From: Burkholderiaceae bacterium
GTDB lineage: Bacteria > Pseudomonadota > Gammaproteobacteria > Burkholderiales > Burkholderiaceae_C
Assembly (NCBI GenBank): GCA_031277295.1
Contig: JAITMV010000259.1
Location: 1-57,955 of the forward strand
Direction: 5' to 3'
DNA: 57,955 nucleotides
Shown: positions 57,758-57,955 of the stretch, in pieces
How the letters are laid out: every line of letters begins with the position of its first letter
Position numbering within the stretch: the first letter of the stretch is position 1
Position numbers and translations under genes: made by a program
Notes under the pieces: generated by a model
What the model was told of the DNA's origin: nothing
Databases searched by the model: none
Seen by the model: the letters and a program-made list of their open reading frames with translations, nothing else

Positions 57758-57833
57758 CGATAAATCCCACCCAGTCCCCCAAAATCCCGGATTTATCGCG
57801 CCCGTCCCACCTCAGTTATCGTATCCCCGTTCA
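57758..57833. repeat. Prophage end, putative transposase-binding sites
   Basis: CGATAAAT at 57758, ATTTATCGCGC at 57791, TTATCG-N8-TTCA terminus. Confidence 0.85.
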
Positions 57834-57864
57834 GGAGCAGGGTGCGATTGAAACTGATGTGTAG
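57834..57864 (+). pseudogene. Displaced native 3' end of the ABC-F gene (EQGAIETDV*)
   Basis: Joining across the GGAGCA duplication gives in-frame ctg gag cag ggt gcg att gaa act gat gtg tag. Confidence 0.85.
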
Positions 57865-57955
57865 CTCAAGCTGCGAACCGGTATTCGGTAGCCCAATACG
57901 AATTCCACTCGCCGTTGGCCCGATTGACGCGCAGGGCGAGCATGTGATCGGCGTT

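Larger units (their letters stand above)
19899..57833. mobile_element. Complete transposable (Mu-like, B3/BcepMu-type layout) prophage with siphoviral tail, 37,935 bp
   Basis: 5'-TG...CA-3' ends; GGAGCA duplicated at 19893-19898 and 57834-57839; transposase A/B, Mor, GemA, Com, Mu-type head genes. Confidence 0.95.

Overview
High-GC betaproteobacterial chromosome segment (Comamonadaceae-like by gene content; inference). 1-19898 is host DNA: a vapBC pair, hrpA, a second PIN toxin-antitoxin pair, a lemA-TPM-TPM operon, a low-GC orphan GTPase, a MATE transporter, an rhlE-like helicase, a hydratase, an Fe-ADH, a DUF3011-like protein and an ABC-F ATPase, plus two MITEs and REP remnants. 19899-57833 is an apparently complete 37,935-bp transposable (Mu-like, B3/BcepMu-type layout) siphoviral prophage with TG...CA ends and a 6-bp GGAGCA target duplication. 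It inserted into the last codons of the ABC-F gene. The most unusual signal is a ~89-nt tRNA-shaped RNA at 39182-39270 (+) with its own sigma70-like promoter and a GCAA tetraloop in place of the anticodon loop. It sits tail-to-tail with a MuF head protein carrying a C-terminal nuclease-like extension and no protein immunity gene, suggesting an RNase toxin / tRNA-mimic antitoxin system. Family names come from motif recognition only; no searches were run.
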